From contig CM106586.1 of NCBI GenBank assembly GCA_048013815.1, forward strand, positions 20,274,001 to 20,338,000: a DNA stretch of 64,000 nt. Direction: 5' to 3'. Made by a program: the position numbers and the translations under genes. Shown here piece by piece: positions 1-13,727 of this stretch; the first letter of the stretch is position 1, and the number at the start of each line of letters is the position of its first letter. The notes under the pieces were generated by a model. It made no database searches. It was not told the DNA's origin and saw nothing but the letters and a program-made list of their open reading frames with translations. Origin of the DNA: Setoptus koraiensis (taxonomy: Eukaryota > Animalia > Arthropoda).

Positions 1-954
1 CCCATATATCTAAAACCTGATAGGCATTGTCAATATTAGTAATGACACAATTTTTTATGGTGATATCATAGTAAAATGAGCGTTATTATACAGAGAGTGA
101 ATGAATGAAAGGGAGAGAGTGAGAGAGAGATTCATTTAGCAGCCAACGTTCAATTCATAAGCGTCATAAGAATGATGAAAATTTGATGCCATAACTATAT
201 CAATATAATCATCATTATTGTGTGAGCATTGTGAGAGTCCGATAAATGTGTGACTCCGCATGATAAATGGATGCTTTTAGCTTAAGGCACTAAACAAACA
301 ATCATTGATGGGTAAGATTGGAATCGTGACTTGGTGGACTTTCGTTGATTATGCGCCTGTTATGTTCGTTTGCCGTTAGAAGCTCTCGCTTTTGTTGTGT
401 TTTTGTAATATAATATGGGGCTCATAGTGATCACCAGATCAGGATCTGGATTAGATAATAATAATTTGCTGCTGATTTCTTGAAATGGTTTACGTATGCA
501 AAATTGCTCAATGAGCCACACAGGCTATCATGTCTATCAATGGTGTGAGTGTAAAAGTGTGAGTCCCTGCATTTGTTATTGTTTCGCTGATTTGATATTG
601 ACAATTAGCCCTGAAGCGAGTATCTTGATGAGCACAGCGACATTCGGCTGGTTGGTTGATTGTCTGACATTGTGATAGCTGTCAGCGGTAACCCAAAACG
701 ACGATAATTGAACGCGACACTTATTGGCAACAACTTCGTTACTGTTGACAGTGAACGATGAAAACAGTAGCATAAAACACAAAACAGTTTACAGTGTGAG
801 ACTTACTTTTCGTTGTAGAATGGCAATCGCTGGTTGCTGTGAGCAAATGAACCTGACATCCAGTTTGGTGGTTACAAGTTTTGTATATTCAAACGATGAA
901 TTGATCTAATATTGTTTGCTGATGGTATCGCCGTTAACGCCCGCCCCAGGCTTG

Positions 955-1003
955 ATATACGATGTGATATACGATGCGATATACGATGTGATATACGATG
1001 TGA
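955..1003 (+). repeat. 12-bp minisatellite (ATATACGATGTG)n
   Basis: About four tandem copies. Confidence 0.85.
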
Positions 1004-1472
1004 TGCGTTGTGGCTAATTACAGCTACTAACCACAACATCTATTTGAGTGACGCTGTTGAATGCTGTCTGCGACAGATGTGTCGTATGGGCGATGATTCG
1101 GCCTGATGTGAGTCGCTGTTGATGGGTTTTTCATTTAATTCTCTTGTTTGTTTGTTTGTGTTCACTGCATACATTGGGTGTTGTGACATAATCTTGCGTT
1201 AGTTTTATCGTCGCTTGCTGTGTGTCACTGCCTCATTTTCTCTCATTGTATTTAGATAATTAATATTGTTGTCATCATGGTCGTCGTCTCCAATTATCAT
1301 TATTATCATAGTAGCAGCACAGTGATAGCAGTGTCCGGACAATACCCAATTCAACAATAACAACAATAATGGCAATGCCAATGATTGAATAACACTTGCC
1401 CAGTGTATGCTGCGGTGGTGTGACACAACTGTTGGTTCTCACAACAACTCAAAATGTTTATAATAGCGAGCG

Positions 1473-1507
<35 letters not shown>

Positions 1508-2939
1508 CTCGAAGCCTTCGAAAATGTTGCATTCGTGTTTGAGTTTAATAAAGAGAATTCCTAGAATTATACAATAATAATATTAGTACAAGTGGAGATA
1601 TAATATATATATATATATATTCTTTCCAGATGAGAGAACAGCTTCGGCCGTTGTGGACTGCACTGGGTTGTAGCACTGTGGCACAAGTGGTCTCAATATG
1701 CTGTTGCATCAACTGCACTGGCCACCAGGGTGTGTGCAGACCTGTTGACTTGGTTGCATCAAGAGGTGCGTTACACTCCACTGCTAACGCTACATGCCAT
1801 TGCTCCTAACTGGTTTTAATTCACCCAGCCAGGGTATACCCGGTAGTCGGCGCGACACGCCTCGCAAATCACTGGTGTGATGTGACTCGCAGGACGCGTC
1901 CTCACTTGGGTTCCGTCAACGCGTGCTTACACCAACTAACACGACTATTACACAATCTGTACTGTATCATAATAGCATCAACCACATTCATCGATCGGCT
2001 GTACATCTATTATCCAATAATGTTATTATCCAACGAATAGGCAAGCGTTCGCTGGCTGACGGCAGTATTGTCCTACATGGAGCCTCCATGAACGCTGACC
2101 GTCACTAGCATCTGGACACACAACCTTCGGCAGAGGTCCAACAGTGCCAGATGAAGCATTGACAAGATAGCCACACTAGCCTACTCTCACCAAAAGTTTG
2201 AGTCGTCTCGGTCAGGCCCGATGTAAACTGCGAATGACCACCTTCAAATGGACAAAACAAATTATTATTCATTCACAGATAAATATTCAAAAGTGAGGAT
2301 GTGTCCGGTGATCCCAAGCCAGCAACTGAAGAGTGACCTGGTGTTAATGCCAATGATTTATTAATGACCATTATTGCGCCATTGTTATAACATCAAGTCC
2401 ATGTCCAGTTTCAACGCAACACCACTACATTTGCCTCAAGCTTGTGAACTGTGGCCCGATGCGTGCACCCGCACTATCAACACCTACCATCGTGCCCATT
2501 GCTGCACAAATGTTCTGAGTACCCATGGTTACATTATGAAAATGCCCATGTGTGCGGATTGTTTCTTCAGCACAAGTGGCACTATCCAGACATATGATTT
2601 AGTGTAAAATCTTGTTGTTGTTATCAGTTCTTCATTCTTCATGTGTTTGACATTAACTTGAAAAAAAGAAATGATAGGCTAAATGATAATCATGACGATA
2701 GGATCTCAGAGACCAAATTCAATCAGCTTGTCAAATCAAATTATTATATAATCAAACAAATCTATTCTATTATTTATATCATCATCTATGTTGTTGGAGT
2801 TAGTTGTATTTATGCGCTGACATTCGATAAATGATAGATAATCCCATCTTATTTGATAACTGTTCGATGATACGAAAACCAAACGAATTCAAGGAAACAA
2901 TCAATATTCACATAAGGAAAACTTGTTGTAATAGTAGAG

Positions 2940-5482
2940 ATGTTCTCGAAGTTCAAAAATGCAATTTATAATATAGCAGGCCCTAATGGAAGTGACAAAA
3001 TTGTTATAGACCACCACCATGGCAATGGTTCGTTAGAATATAATAGAAGTCATCTAACGCGTTCAACGTCATTCCGTGGCAAGCTCAGTGACAACACAAC
3101 AATCAGTAATTCAATCAATCCAGAGGTTAGAGAGCCTTCAGGTAGATGTCCAACAGACGACAAAGGTCTGAAATTTAGATATTCGCGGCCTGAATTTCTT
3201 CAACTAAAAACGGATGATGAAATTCTAGTCTCGGCCGATCAGCAAATACGTCCAATAATTTTACCAAGAGATACAAGCAAACTTCCATGGAAATGTGGCT
3301 ATGCCGAAGTTATTAATGCTGGCAAGTCAGAGAGAAACGAAGATCAAGCAGTATATTACAGAGCTGAAACGAAAGCATTTGTTACACTTGGCGATGTTGC
3401 AATAAAGTTAGCCGACATGATACCATGGACCTTGAGAGGTAGACGTCATCCTGCCCTCGTCGATTATGTTATTAGGCAAGGTGGTAAAGAGATACCTCAT
3501 GATTATCAATTAGAGGCCATAAAAAATCAGCGCAGGTTAAAGAAGGAGGCTCGTGTCACTCGCTCGATATCTATGATTGAAACTCTCAGCAAACCATACC
3601 ACAATCAGGTAATACACGAGGAAAGAAATGACGATCAAATCAGGGTTGATCAAACACGAACGACAAATGACAGAAACTCCTTGACAGAAGCCAACGAATG
3701 CTCGAATGATGACAAGACGAGCACAGATCGAACAGATGATTCGACTATTTCAATGGATCATTCTGGGCCGAACCCATCAAAAAAAGAGAAAGCTCTCATC
3801 GACACAAGCATAAATAACAACAACAACAACAATCTCGAAACCATTTCCGAACCCTTATCAATCAAATCTTTTTCCTCCAGCTCAGATACAAATCCCATAC
3901 AATACGCGGATGAACCACTTTATCCAAGTGATTCTACTTCACTGGAGGTTGACTCGCCAGGGCCTGTCAGTATTGAGCCAAAATATTGTAATACAAGTAC
4001 TGCTGAAACTACAAGTTCTTCCGATACTACAAAGACCAATGACACCGATAACTCTATGGTGATCGAAGAAAATTCACCAGAGGGAAGTAAAGTAATAAAA
4101 ATGGCCAAAGAATCCAAGTTATCTTCCAAGTCCACTGAACAAACTTTGCCGTGGGTTTACTTTGGTGTTTTCGATGGTCACGCAGGATCAGCTGTTGCCG
4201 TAGCTGCCTCCAACACATTACACAAGATCATAGCCGAGCGACTACAGTGTGTGGCTGATCTACTTATATCATTGAGTTTTGAACCAGAGACTTACAATTG
4301 TGAAGAATCGGAAACCCCTCAGAACGAAGACTGTGGCGCAATCTTTGATAAAACAAGCATTAACAGCTCAGAGAGCACTAACGGGTGCAGAGTGAATAGT
4401 TTAGATCAGGGTATATTAAGTCAAAATAATAATCTATCCACAGAGAATCTAAGCTTGAGGACCATCTGCGACAGTTACATAACTGTAGACTCCCTCATAA
4501 AGGGGGCTCTCGAATCATCATTTTGGACGATGGATGAACTCATTTGTCATGATAAGAGGCAATACAAAATGCCTGGAGGTTGTACTGCCTTAGTGGCTTT
4601 ATTCATACTAGGTAAATTATATGTTTCCAATGCCGGAGATAGTCGTGCAATTGTCTACAAGAACAAAAAGTTGATTCCCATGTCGTATGATTTTACACCT
4701 AATTCCGAGCGAGAAAGAATCCGGAAGCTGGGATTGCAATGCCCTGAGTTCTTAGGAAATGATTTTACTCACTTAGAATTCATTCGACGACCAGAACGTC
4801 GAGATCTAGGAAAACAGATGCTCTATAAAGACGCCTACATGACTGGCTGGTCTTATAAAACAATATCCACGGATGATCTCAAATTTCCACTCATTTATGG
4901 CGAAGGGAAGCGTAGTAGAGTTTTAGCAACTATTGGTGTTACGAGAGGATTTGGAGATCATGAACTTCGGGCCCAAAGTAGCAGTGTTTTTATAAAACCA
5001 TTTTTATCGCCAGAACCCGAGGTTAAAATTTTACCTCTTGAAGAAGATGAAAGCTTAACAGATGACGATGTTTTAATTATGGCTACCGATGGTTGTAAGT
5101 ATTCGTATTATTTGCACTGAATTATCTCTCTTTATTCTATAAAATTCGATTCTAACTGGTCAACTATTTACATACAATTTCCTGTCATTTTCCTGCAGTA
5201 TGGGACATCACAAGCAATGAAAAAGCCCTGGACATAGTTCAAGGATCTTTCGATCAATTTCCTGACCAAGAAGATTCGCGCTCCAAATATAGATATATAT
5301 CAGCAGCTCAGGATCTAGTGATGTATGCCAGAGGTCGACACGAATCTTGTAGAGGTTGGCGCACCAACGATTGTAAGCCAGCGACCGTTGATGATATAAC
5401 GGTATTTGTGATTCCGCTTAAGCAATATCGTGATGAGTACATCGAATGGAAGAAATTACGCCTGCCTTTATGTAAAAAATGA
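2940..5482 (+). CDS. PPM1H: PP2C/PPM-family Ser/Thr phosphatase, PPM1H/PPM1J type; exons 2940-5094 and 5199-5482
   Basis: Motifs LPWKCGYAEVINAGKS.NEDQA, YFGVFDGHAG, GGCTALV, VSNAGDSRA, RVLATIGVTRGFGDH and ATDG|LWD. A GTAAGT...CCTGCAG intron (5095-5198) restores DGLWD; exon 2 carries the DDIT motif. Long Ser/Thr/Asn-rich insert. Symbol is family-level. Confidence 0.88.
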
Positions 5483-6218
5483 TGGTATATCCTTCTATGT
5501 ATATGAATCTGAACCTGATATCTAAGTAACTTAATCTGTAGACCGAATGGTTTATAGAATAATAAAATACATCAGTCTAAGAATTAATTTAGCCCCGCGT
5601 CTCCTTTAACTTTTCCTCGGACTTTTTCTTCTCATTTGTTTGCTGGTGTTTGGCTGCCTTAAGTAAATGTCTTATAGGCCCTATTCTATCATTGATGTCC
5701 TCACAAACATCTATCTGTTGATCGTTTCCATCTAAATTCAAATTATTGAGCGATTGATCCAATTCGTCCGATCTGAAATTCGCTACACCCTCGGGTTGTT
5801 TGATTGTGTTCATGCTGAGGCTTTTGACTTCATTGAGTAAATTCTCAGGCGGAGAACTAGTTATCTTTGGTCCTCCTGGACCATGCTTGTCTATAACGAC
5901 GCTCTCCCTGTCTGTTCTTTGTGTGACAGGTGAACTTGTTCGGGTATTGTTTCTGTATTGATCTTTCTGCTTTGCATTCGCTTCACCTCGATGCTTGTTC
6001 TTAGTTCGCTGTGGCGGCTTGACGGACCCTGCTTTCGGATCATTAGAATCTTTTTTCTTTTGTCGCGCAATTGTTTCGAGCGATCTGTCGTCAATTCGAT
6101 TGTTAAAATGGCAAACATGAATTAATTCCAGGCTTAGTTTAAATGACTACAGATAGATCAAAACGTTCATGATCAGCCGACTGAACCGAATATCTGGCGC
6201 GCGCAGCTGAATCTATCA

Positions 6219-9200
6219 TCACGATGCGGCTCTACTTTTAAGTTTCAATTTTTTCCTATAGTTGACATATTTCCTTTCGATAATAATCAAACCAAACGAT
6301 GTGATCAGACCACAAGCGAACAGAATGAATACTCCTTAAAAAGAAAGAAGTTATTTATTTAGAAAGAGTCGAAAGCAATCGAGATGAGATATTGAGTATG
6401 AAGTTGATAAAATACTCACCGGCAATATTTGAAATGCCCAATGTTTCTGGATAGTCATCATTCTTTCTATCGCAACTTGAAGTCCCTGATAGAATCCACT
6501 TCCTGTCCAAGTCCATCATGAAGCCGCTTTCGTGCAGCTCTAACAACTTAGTTGTAACGTTGTTTGTCCAGTAGGAGTTCTTCTGTAAACCAATTCCGTA
6601 GCCGCTACGCCCAAATAGTTCACCGGCGATGCCAAGGCTACATTTTTCATCGTGGGATGTTTCCCATTCTAATCTGGTTGAATCCCAGATGAGTGCATCG
6701 ATGGTGCCATTTTTCAAAGCATCCACAGCATCATCAACATTATCAAAATTGAACTCCTCCATTTTTCTATAAAGATTAATATATTCCACTTGTGACTGAA
6801 GGTACGTATCAACAGCAGACCCACGTACAGTGGCAAAACTAAATGCAGAATCTCCGGAACGAAGTCGTGGATCGTCTATACCTGAAATTGATATCTGCTC
6901 CTCTCGTAAAACCAAGAATGCAGCCAGATTTGCGGTGTAGCTAGCAACAACTATCATAGCGAATCCAGACCAGAACATTCCTAGAACTCGGCCAGATAAA
7001 CTTTTCGGTGTATGCTCACCAATTCCAGAATTCAGCAGTATGGACCATGAAAACCAAATGGAGCTCGACAAATGCAACGGATGTTCGTCGTGCTTGTTAT
7101 GCAAAGTAGATGATATGAAACTTTTCTTCATACCAAATCTACCGAAAGTTGAGTATCTATCTAATAGATATAATGATAGAGCCACAACATGAGTTGCAAC
7201 GCCGATCACTAATACCCACAACTGTTTGTGAAATGGCTGTAAGAACGAGGCCAGAGTAGTATGCATTGAGGCCCGAAGCAATAATATGGAGAAGCCATGA
7301 AACTTGAAAGGTTTGGAAAAATCAATTACTTGTGCCCTGCCTGCAGTTACAGACAGAGGAGCGAACGCCATGTCGGCTCGTTTAGATACTAGTTCTCCAA
7401 TTAGACCGTTCCATTGATTATCTCCATTGTGATGATGACTGTAAAACAGTGGATTCAGATGTTCTTGCCCATCGACAGAATCCGATTGTTGGTGATTACG
7501 TATCTTAGTTCTAAGAGAATGCTTACTAATGGTAGTATCTTCGTCTACAGTAGATGGATAGAATTCGCTATTTTGTACGGCGCCATACTGATTATCTTCA
7601 ACGATATACACTTCATAAGTGAAATTAACTCGTCTGCTTATTTCATCTAGGATGTCCATACAATAGCCCTCGCAACAATAGTCTTCGTATAGATCAAGTT
7701 TTCTATTATACTTTTTGCAAGGTATACTAACTTGTCTCATTTCACTTAATGTGTCTGGGTAATAATTTTGATATTGTTTGCCATTGATTGCTGGATTTGC
7801 TTTCGGCTCATAATCATTTGTTTTACTCGAATATAACGGAATGTAGCTTCCGATATTCGTAAGAGGAGGCGAAACTCCATAGTTTTCTTTTCTATTTAAA
7901 TCAATAGAATTGATGGAAGCCATTTTTGGACATTTTCCCTCGTGTGTTAATACAAATGGCCGCTCTTGTAAGGTAACTATTTTTAGATGTTTCTCGATAA
8001 AAATACCAGTTGGCTTTTTCCTTCCGCCTCCTGGCCATACAATTTCATCCGTTGCAATCGTTATATTTGAAGCGCCCCTTTGGTCCAGTACATTACTGTA
8101 AGAACCTACAACATTGAATTGATTCGTTCCATCTATGGTGATGATATTCAATATATCATAGCTAGTAACTATCCTATCGCCCAACTCATTAAAAGCAATG
8201 AAGCCCGTTAGCCCATTGTGTCTTTGTCGTAGAATTGAATTGTATATAGCTATTCCGGTTACCCAGTCGACCATAGGTTTTATATCGCAAGAGTTTGGCG
8301 GATCAGTGAGGAGATTTTTGGAGGCTAATAAAAGTATCGCTTCCATTATTAAATTTAAGGCATCAATCTTGTAATCTACTGGTTTATAGTATTTCAGCCT
8401 GGTTGAGATAGAACCATTAGGTATTAGTAGTTGGGCATGATTTGCTACTTCTGTCGCTGACACCAAAGCCGTCTCTGACAGAATCAAAACGAACTCATCT
8501 CGGTCCATTTTTAATTGTGTGATGACCTCAAAGATCAAAGACAAATCTACACGGTCTGTGGTATGTATCAAGAACACACGACATATACTAAAACTTAGTA
8601 TATCAGTCAAGCGGCTAATCAAATAGTCTTTGGTTTGTCCCCTTTGGGTAGAATTTTGCACATTCTGCGGAATTGTGGAAAGGGATTCGAACTCTATCAG
8701 ACTCTCTATCTTCAGATCGATTTCCGACCGTTGATCTATGAGATCACTTAAACGTGATAGTATGCCCTGATCGTCTGTTGTAGTAATTACAACAACTCGA
8801 TTGAATGACAGACTGGCTACCATGTCCATCCATACATCGGCCTGATGCGTCAGTGGCGGTATCACCCTCAAAAATGATGGATGTATATTTTTGTTCGACA
8901 AGCCACTGTCTCTATCATCAGTTCCAATAACTGGTATGCCATATAGACCGCATGTCAGTGAAATCGAAATGGTAGATATCGTGTTACTTATTCCTGACGG
9001 TAGATTTTCCGCAATAACAACGCTAATTCTTGATTTAATCAAATTTGAGCAAACTTCTTGACTCATTTCCAACGGATTTGATCGCATAGGTATTGTCAAA
9101 ACATTCAGTGTGATGTTATAGCGTTCAAGTGTACGGTTAATGTTGTTCAATGTTGAGCGCAATCTTTCTGGTTCCGACTCGATGGCATCGCCAACAATTC

Positions 9201-9522
9201 CAATATTCACTTCCTTGTTTCCATAGTGTCTAATATTTTCTATGGGCACTTGGTCACTGATATTGTCTTCAGTATGAGATGAGCTTGCCTCTCTAGCATG
9301 ATCTTCATACAATGTATCACTTCTCGGCTCTTCATGCTGTGGAAATTGTTTGATGAGGTCCTCTATGGGAGGCTGAGGCTTATCGGAACTGCTATAATGA
9401 TTTTCCCGTCCTATTTCACTAGAACAATGTGTATGATTAACAGTGAGAATATTTACAAATATTGCAATAGTAAATATAAATAACTTTGACTTTCTTGCTG
9501 TATTTGGCGCCATCTTTTCCAT
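6219..9522 (-). CDS. Nmdar1: NMDA-type glutamate receptor subunit 1 (NR1)-like; exons 9522-6420 and 6334-6219
   Basis: Signal peptide, ATD, S1 (IVTLQERPFV, CCEGYCMD, RAQVIDFSKPFK), pore LLNSGIGE with N-site, SYTANLAAFLV, S2 (ATVRGSAV, IWDS..LE, GYGIGLQKNS.W). An 85-nt GTGAGT...TTTAAG intron (6419-6335) restores M4 GVFILFACGLITSFGLIIIE. Confidence 0.9.
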
Positions 9523-10184
9523 TTCGTGGTTCCTAGCAGTTTCGGATAAAAGGTAGTGTTCGCATTTCCTCGGATCGTTTTCTATGAGATTCCTCTAGTC
9601 ATCCCGATAATAGTTGTTTCATTGAATTTACAAATATTCAATTGAATTTGACTCATTTGGTCAGGAAAGAGAAAGATCAATCTTAGTATCTGCAACAAAA
9701 GCGATCTTTTCATTCCATACAAGCGGATGCTTTCCATTTGTGCACTTTCCAACGCTGTATTTCCCCGAGTCGAGCTAATGAGGCTGAGAGATATGAATAA
9801 ATTTATCACTAGCTTAATGTACGAGAAACGCCAATGAATGGCGATTCTCAACAATTATCGAACATGGACCCCAATGTCTGTCCGCCCCCAAATCAACTGA
9901 TTCTGCGCAAAATACTCAGTCTGTGCCGATTGGACGCGCGTTTTTATTTTGTGCGCATCTGATCGCATGCTTTTGTGTAAATAACCAGACACATGTTTTT
10001 CATTGCATTATTAATGATTGTCGCTCACGACCTTAAGTACTGTCTGCTTTTATAGTTGTCTAGCTAATTTAAAAATAAATAAATTGTTCAAAGGCCATTG
10101 GATTCTCGGCTATTTTGTACAGTCGAAATTATCACAGAGCAGGCATCTATTATAACTGTTGACATTGAGTAAACCGTCTTCACA

Positions 10185-11799
10185 ATGACCGACGTTTTGG
10201 ATATATTGGATGTTGATCGGCCCATGACCGGTTCGGATGGACCAACAGTACATAAAAAGGTAAGCAGAGATTCAGTCAGACTACTAATACAACGAATAGG
10301 AGTTTACAGAACAGATGTTAATTTTTCCATCTTGCTTTTCTTGGTACATCTTTCTATTTTACATAAATTAATACCAGAGAGGGCCTAAACCAAAAGCCCC
10401 AAAACCACCGATCATACCTATAAAAAAACCGGAGGGAATGCATCGAGAATTATTCGCTCTTCTCAATACAAGCGACAAAGATTCTCCTATTCTACCTACA
10501 GATTATGGCTTTCCTCAACAATCTGCAGGATACAAGCAGAATAGGGCAAAATTGAGTATGAAAAAGCCACGGCCCTGGAAATGGACGCCATTCACCAATA
10601 GTGCGCGTACTGACCAACTCCAACTATGCCATTGGACTCGTGTAACAGAAAATAGTGATACAGTGAAAGAATATCGATTTGCAAAGCTCAACGTGAAACT
10701 GGATAACATCATACCCAAATACAATCAGACAGACTACGAGCTTTTCTTGAAATGTAGTAAATGGACTAGGGAAGAAACAGACCATCTCATGGATCTATGT
10801 TCAAGATTCGACATGCGCTTCATCATTATGCATGACAGATGGGATAAACAAAGATATCCTAACAAAAAATCTATCGAAGATATGAAAGACAGATTCTACA
10901 CAGTGCACAATTTGCTTGTCAGAGCAAGGCTAGCCTTGGGTGAAGAACCCAAATTTAAGAGCTATGACGTCGAAACCGAAAAGAAACGAAAAGAGCAGCT
11001 GATTAATCTCTATAATAGAACGGCAGAACAAATTAAAGAAGAGGCTGAACTACTCAGCGAGCTCAAGAAGATTGAGATGCGTAAGAAAGAACGTGAGCGA
11101 AAGCAGCAAGATCTACAGAAGATAATGGATGCAGCAGAAAAATCCACTGAAGCTAAAAGAGCCGAAACTCGCCAACAAAATAGTGGTCGTCCGATTGGTT
11201 CGGGGACGAGGGGTGTTCCCGGTCGCAGGCCAGGTTCTGGTAGAGGCTTAGGAAGACCGAGTCGCGATTCCACTACACCGGCCTCTGCGACTCCTCATGT
11301 TAGTAATTACAGTTCAACGAATCTTCTTGAAGCGAGTACTGCTGGCGTGAAATTCCCTGATCTTAAAACAAGTGGTGCTACTCTTAGAAGCCAGCGTATG
11401 AAACTACCAGCATCAGTTGGTACTAAGAAAATCAAAGCAATCGAGCAGATGCTTCAAGAGCTCAATTTGGAACAGCATCCTATGCCAACAGATTCCATAT
11501 GCCAACATTTCAACGAGCTTAGAAGTGATCTCGTGTTACTTTACGAACTGAAAGTAGCTATTACTAATTGCGACATAGAGATACAAACTTTGAAACATCA
11601 ATTCGAACAATCTCAGCCAGGTGCTACATTGGATGTTCCGAATTCAATCACCCCTTCGAGTAATGTTGTGAGTGAATCTGATTCCAGAAGAGAGATATCA
11701 GATGTCATAGATATAAGTAACGCAGCAGGAACGCCGGGAAGGAAAAGAAAGGCTGCCTTAGAGCAAGGTAATCTGTTACGTAAACTTAAGAAAACCTAA
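10185..11799 (+). CDS. DMAP1: DNA methyltransferase 1-associated protein 1 (SWC4/EAF2; NuA4/SWR1 subunit); exons 10185-10259 and 10378-11799
   Basis: MTDVLDIL N-terminus, KKPEGMHRELFALL, RPWKWTPFTNSAR, SANT-like WTREETDHLMDLCSRFDMRFIIMHDRW, C-terminal coiled coil. GTAAGC...CCAG intron 10260-10377 is in phase. Confidence 0.92.
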
Positions 11800-12019
11800 A
11801 TGTATTGTAAATTGTAGTTAGTGTAAAATATATAGGTGAAGCGCAAGTTAGATAACTGTACACCGAGCCTTTTAAGACTAAATATACATGTAAAAAGTTG
11901 AATTTAACCGCTAAGATTCATCCTTAATGAATGTAACTACTGAAAATATTCTATCTCAGTAACTCTTGATTGATGAATAGTTATCAATCAAAGAGCTATT
12001 GAGTTTGTGTCGTTTAATT

Positions 12020-12597
12020 TTAGGTGAGATATAGATAACTATTGAATACAAAAGCTATCAAGTTTGATATGATCATGATCATAGCCATTGGGATATGACC
12101 AACCCAAAGGGTGTTCGATGAATTACATAGATCACCGTAGCACATACATAAAAATACCTTACGGTCCCGCTGATTCTCAAATATAGTTTCTGAGCATCTT
12201 TCCTCATTATCTGTTGGAGGTCTATTCATGCATGATCTTTCTGTTGCGGCTATTGTATCACCAAAGTCGTCCTCGATTATTTTGGCACACCACCCAGAGG
12301 CACAAGGGGCTGCCTCAATGGATGGTTTGGTATTTGTTTGGTCGTTGAAGGTAGTTGAGTTTAATGTGAATGGATCCTTACCTGTTGTTCGATATGGAGT
12401 TGTGAAATTTTAGAAACAATAATATAGATTAATGTCCGTTGATGTGTGATCAAACAATATGATGCTGGGATTAAATGATAGTACTTACAGTCTCCTAGTG
12501 CTCCTCTAGATCTACATGTAAAACACCTCCTGAAGCGTGCTTTCACCTCTTGGTTCACAAGTAATATGAGTAATGAAAAAATTAATATGAGATTCAT
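12020..12597 (-). CDS. crim: Ly6/three-finger GPI-anchored protein, crimpled-like; exons 12597-12489 and 12381-12020 (156 aa)
   Basis: Spliced product: signal peptide, RRCFTCRSRGALGDCKDPF...PCASGWCAKIIE...ERSC...RC...FLCMCYGDLCN, hydrophobic GPI tail. Matches my recollection of Drosophila Crimpled (RRCYQCRSRGELGSCKDPF...PCASGWCGK). GTAAGT...ACAG intron 12488-12382. Confidence 0.8.
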
Positions 12598-13727
12598 TGT
12601 AGAGAGTAGCTGATTCCTTGGCCTATCCGTGGCTAATGCAATAACAAGGTAGCATCAGAAAAAGATGGACTGATTGGAGAAATACTGCGGAAATTATCTT
12701 GTAAATGCAACCTGTTGAGTATTCTTATAGATTCTGATACATTCGCATAACATTAATAAAGTAGTGACCAGAAATATATCGATGGACGTAATTGTTCAGC
12801 CTCCTAGTGGACGGATGGGTTTTTGCATAACTACAATCAATGGTAGTTGTTTTTTGTTAATTTAATTCATCACTTCAAACATACATTATATCAAGTCCTG
12901 TCGAATTGAAATAGATAAATAAAATGCGCTGACCAATATAATATCGTAGCTGCGGTTGTGGTCTACATATTTGAACCGGCAGACACAATGCTTGACATGG
13001 AAATCATATGAATATGTGTATTGTAGTTATCACAATTAGCATTGCGTCTCAGAACCACTTGTAAGAAAACTCACTGTCAGTCGATCAACAAGCTCTTCTT
13101 TGCTCGATCTTGAATACTTCGGTCAGTGGTTAGTTATGCAATAGCTAAAGTAGAGCGAGAAGAATTCGTCGTCGCTCTTCTGTAAAATGATAGTTCTGAA
13201 TCTCCACGGAAGGGGTCATTTCGGTTACTCGAGCGCAGTTTTGGCAACAAAAGAGCTTCATCTGGGCGTTGCTTGCAACTAAAATCAGTGCAACTATCTG
13301 TAAACGCACACAGAGTAGAACAGGTGCACAAGTTATGCAGTGCTTATAAAACATTCATGGCCCTCGCAACTCGATGCCGTTAGCTCACAAAGTTAAACCT
13401 CTTCACTTCCATTCCCAGGGAGAATTGAGCTGATTTGATAGATAGTGTCACCGTCGGAGCAGATACTCTTGGATCCTTACTATGTGTCGTTGCCGAGATG
13501 ATTAAATAATTCGTGCGGCACTTAATTCCCAAATTTTTTTAAAGGTGGCAAGGGCCATTTTGAAATTACTTGCAAAAAAGTGCGCGCACCTAATGATGGA
13601 CAGTGAACAAGTTTTAGCCAGTAATCTAGAAAAATGAATTAAAAATTTTAGGGAAAGCACAGAGACAATATTCTTTCTCGCACAGATCATTTTATTTATA
13701 TCAATGAGTTTTTCGGTGGTGAACCGA

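Noticed and set aside
13134-13354. Short Cys-containing ORFs between crim and Uba1
   Set aside because: No clear signal peptide, motif or consistent splice model; probably UTR or intergenic.
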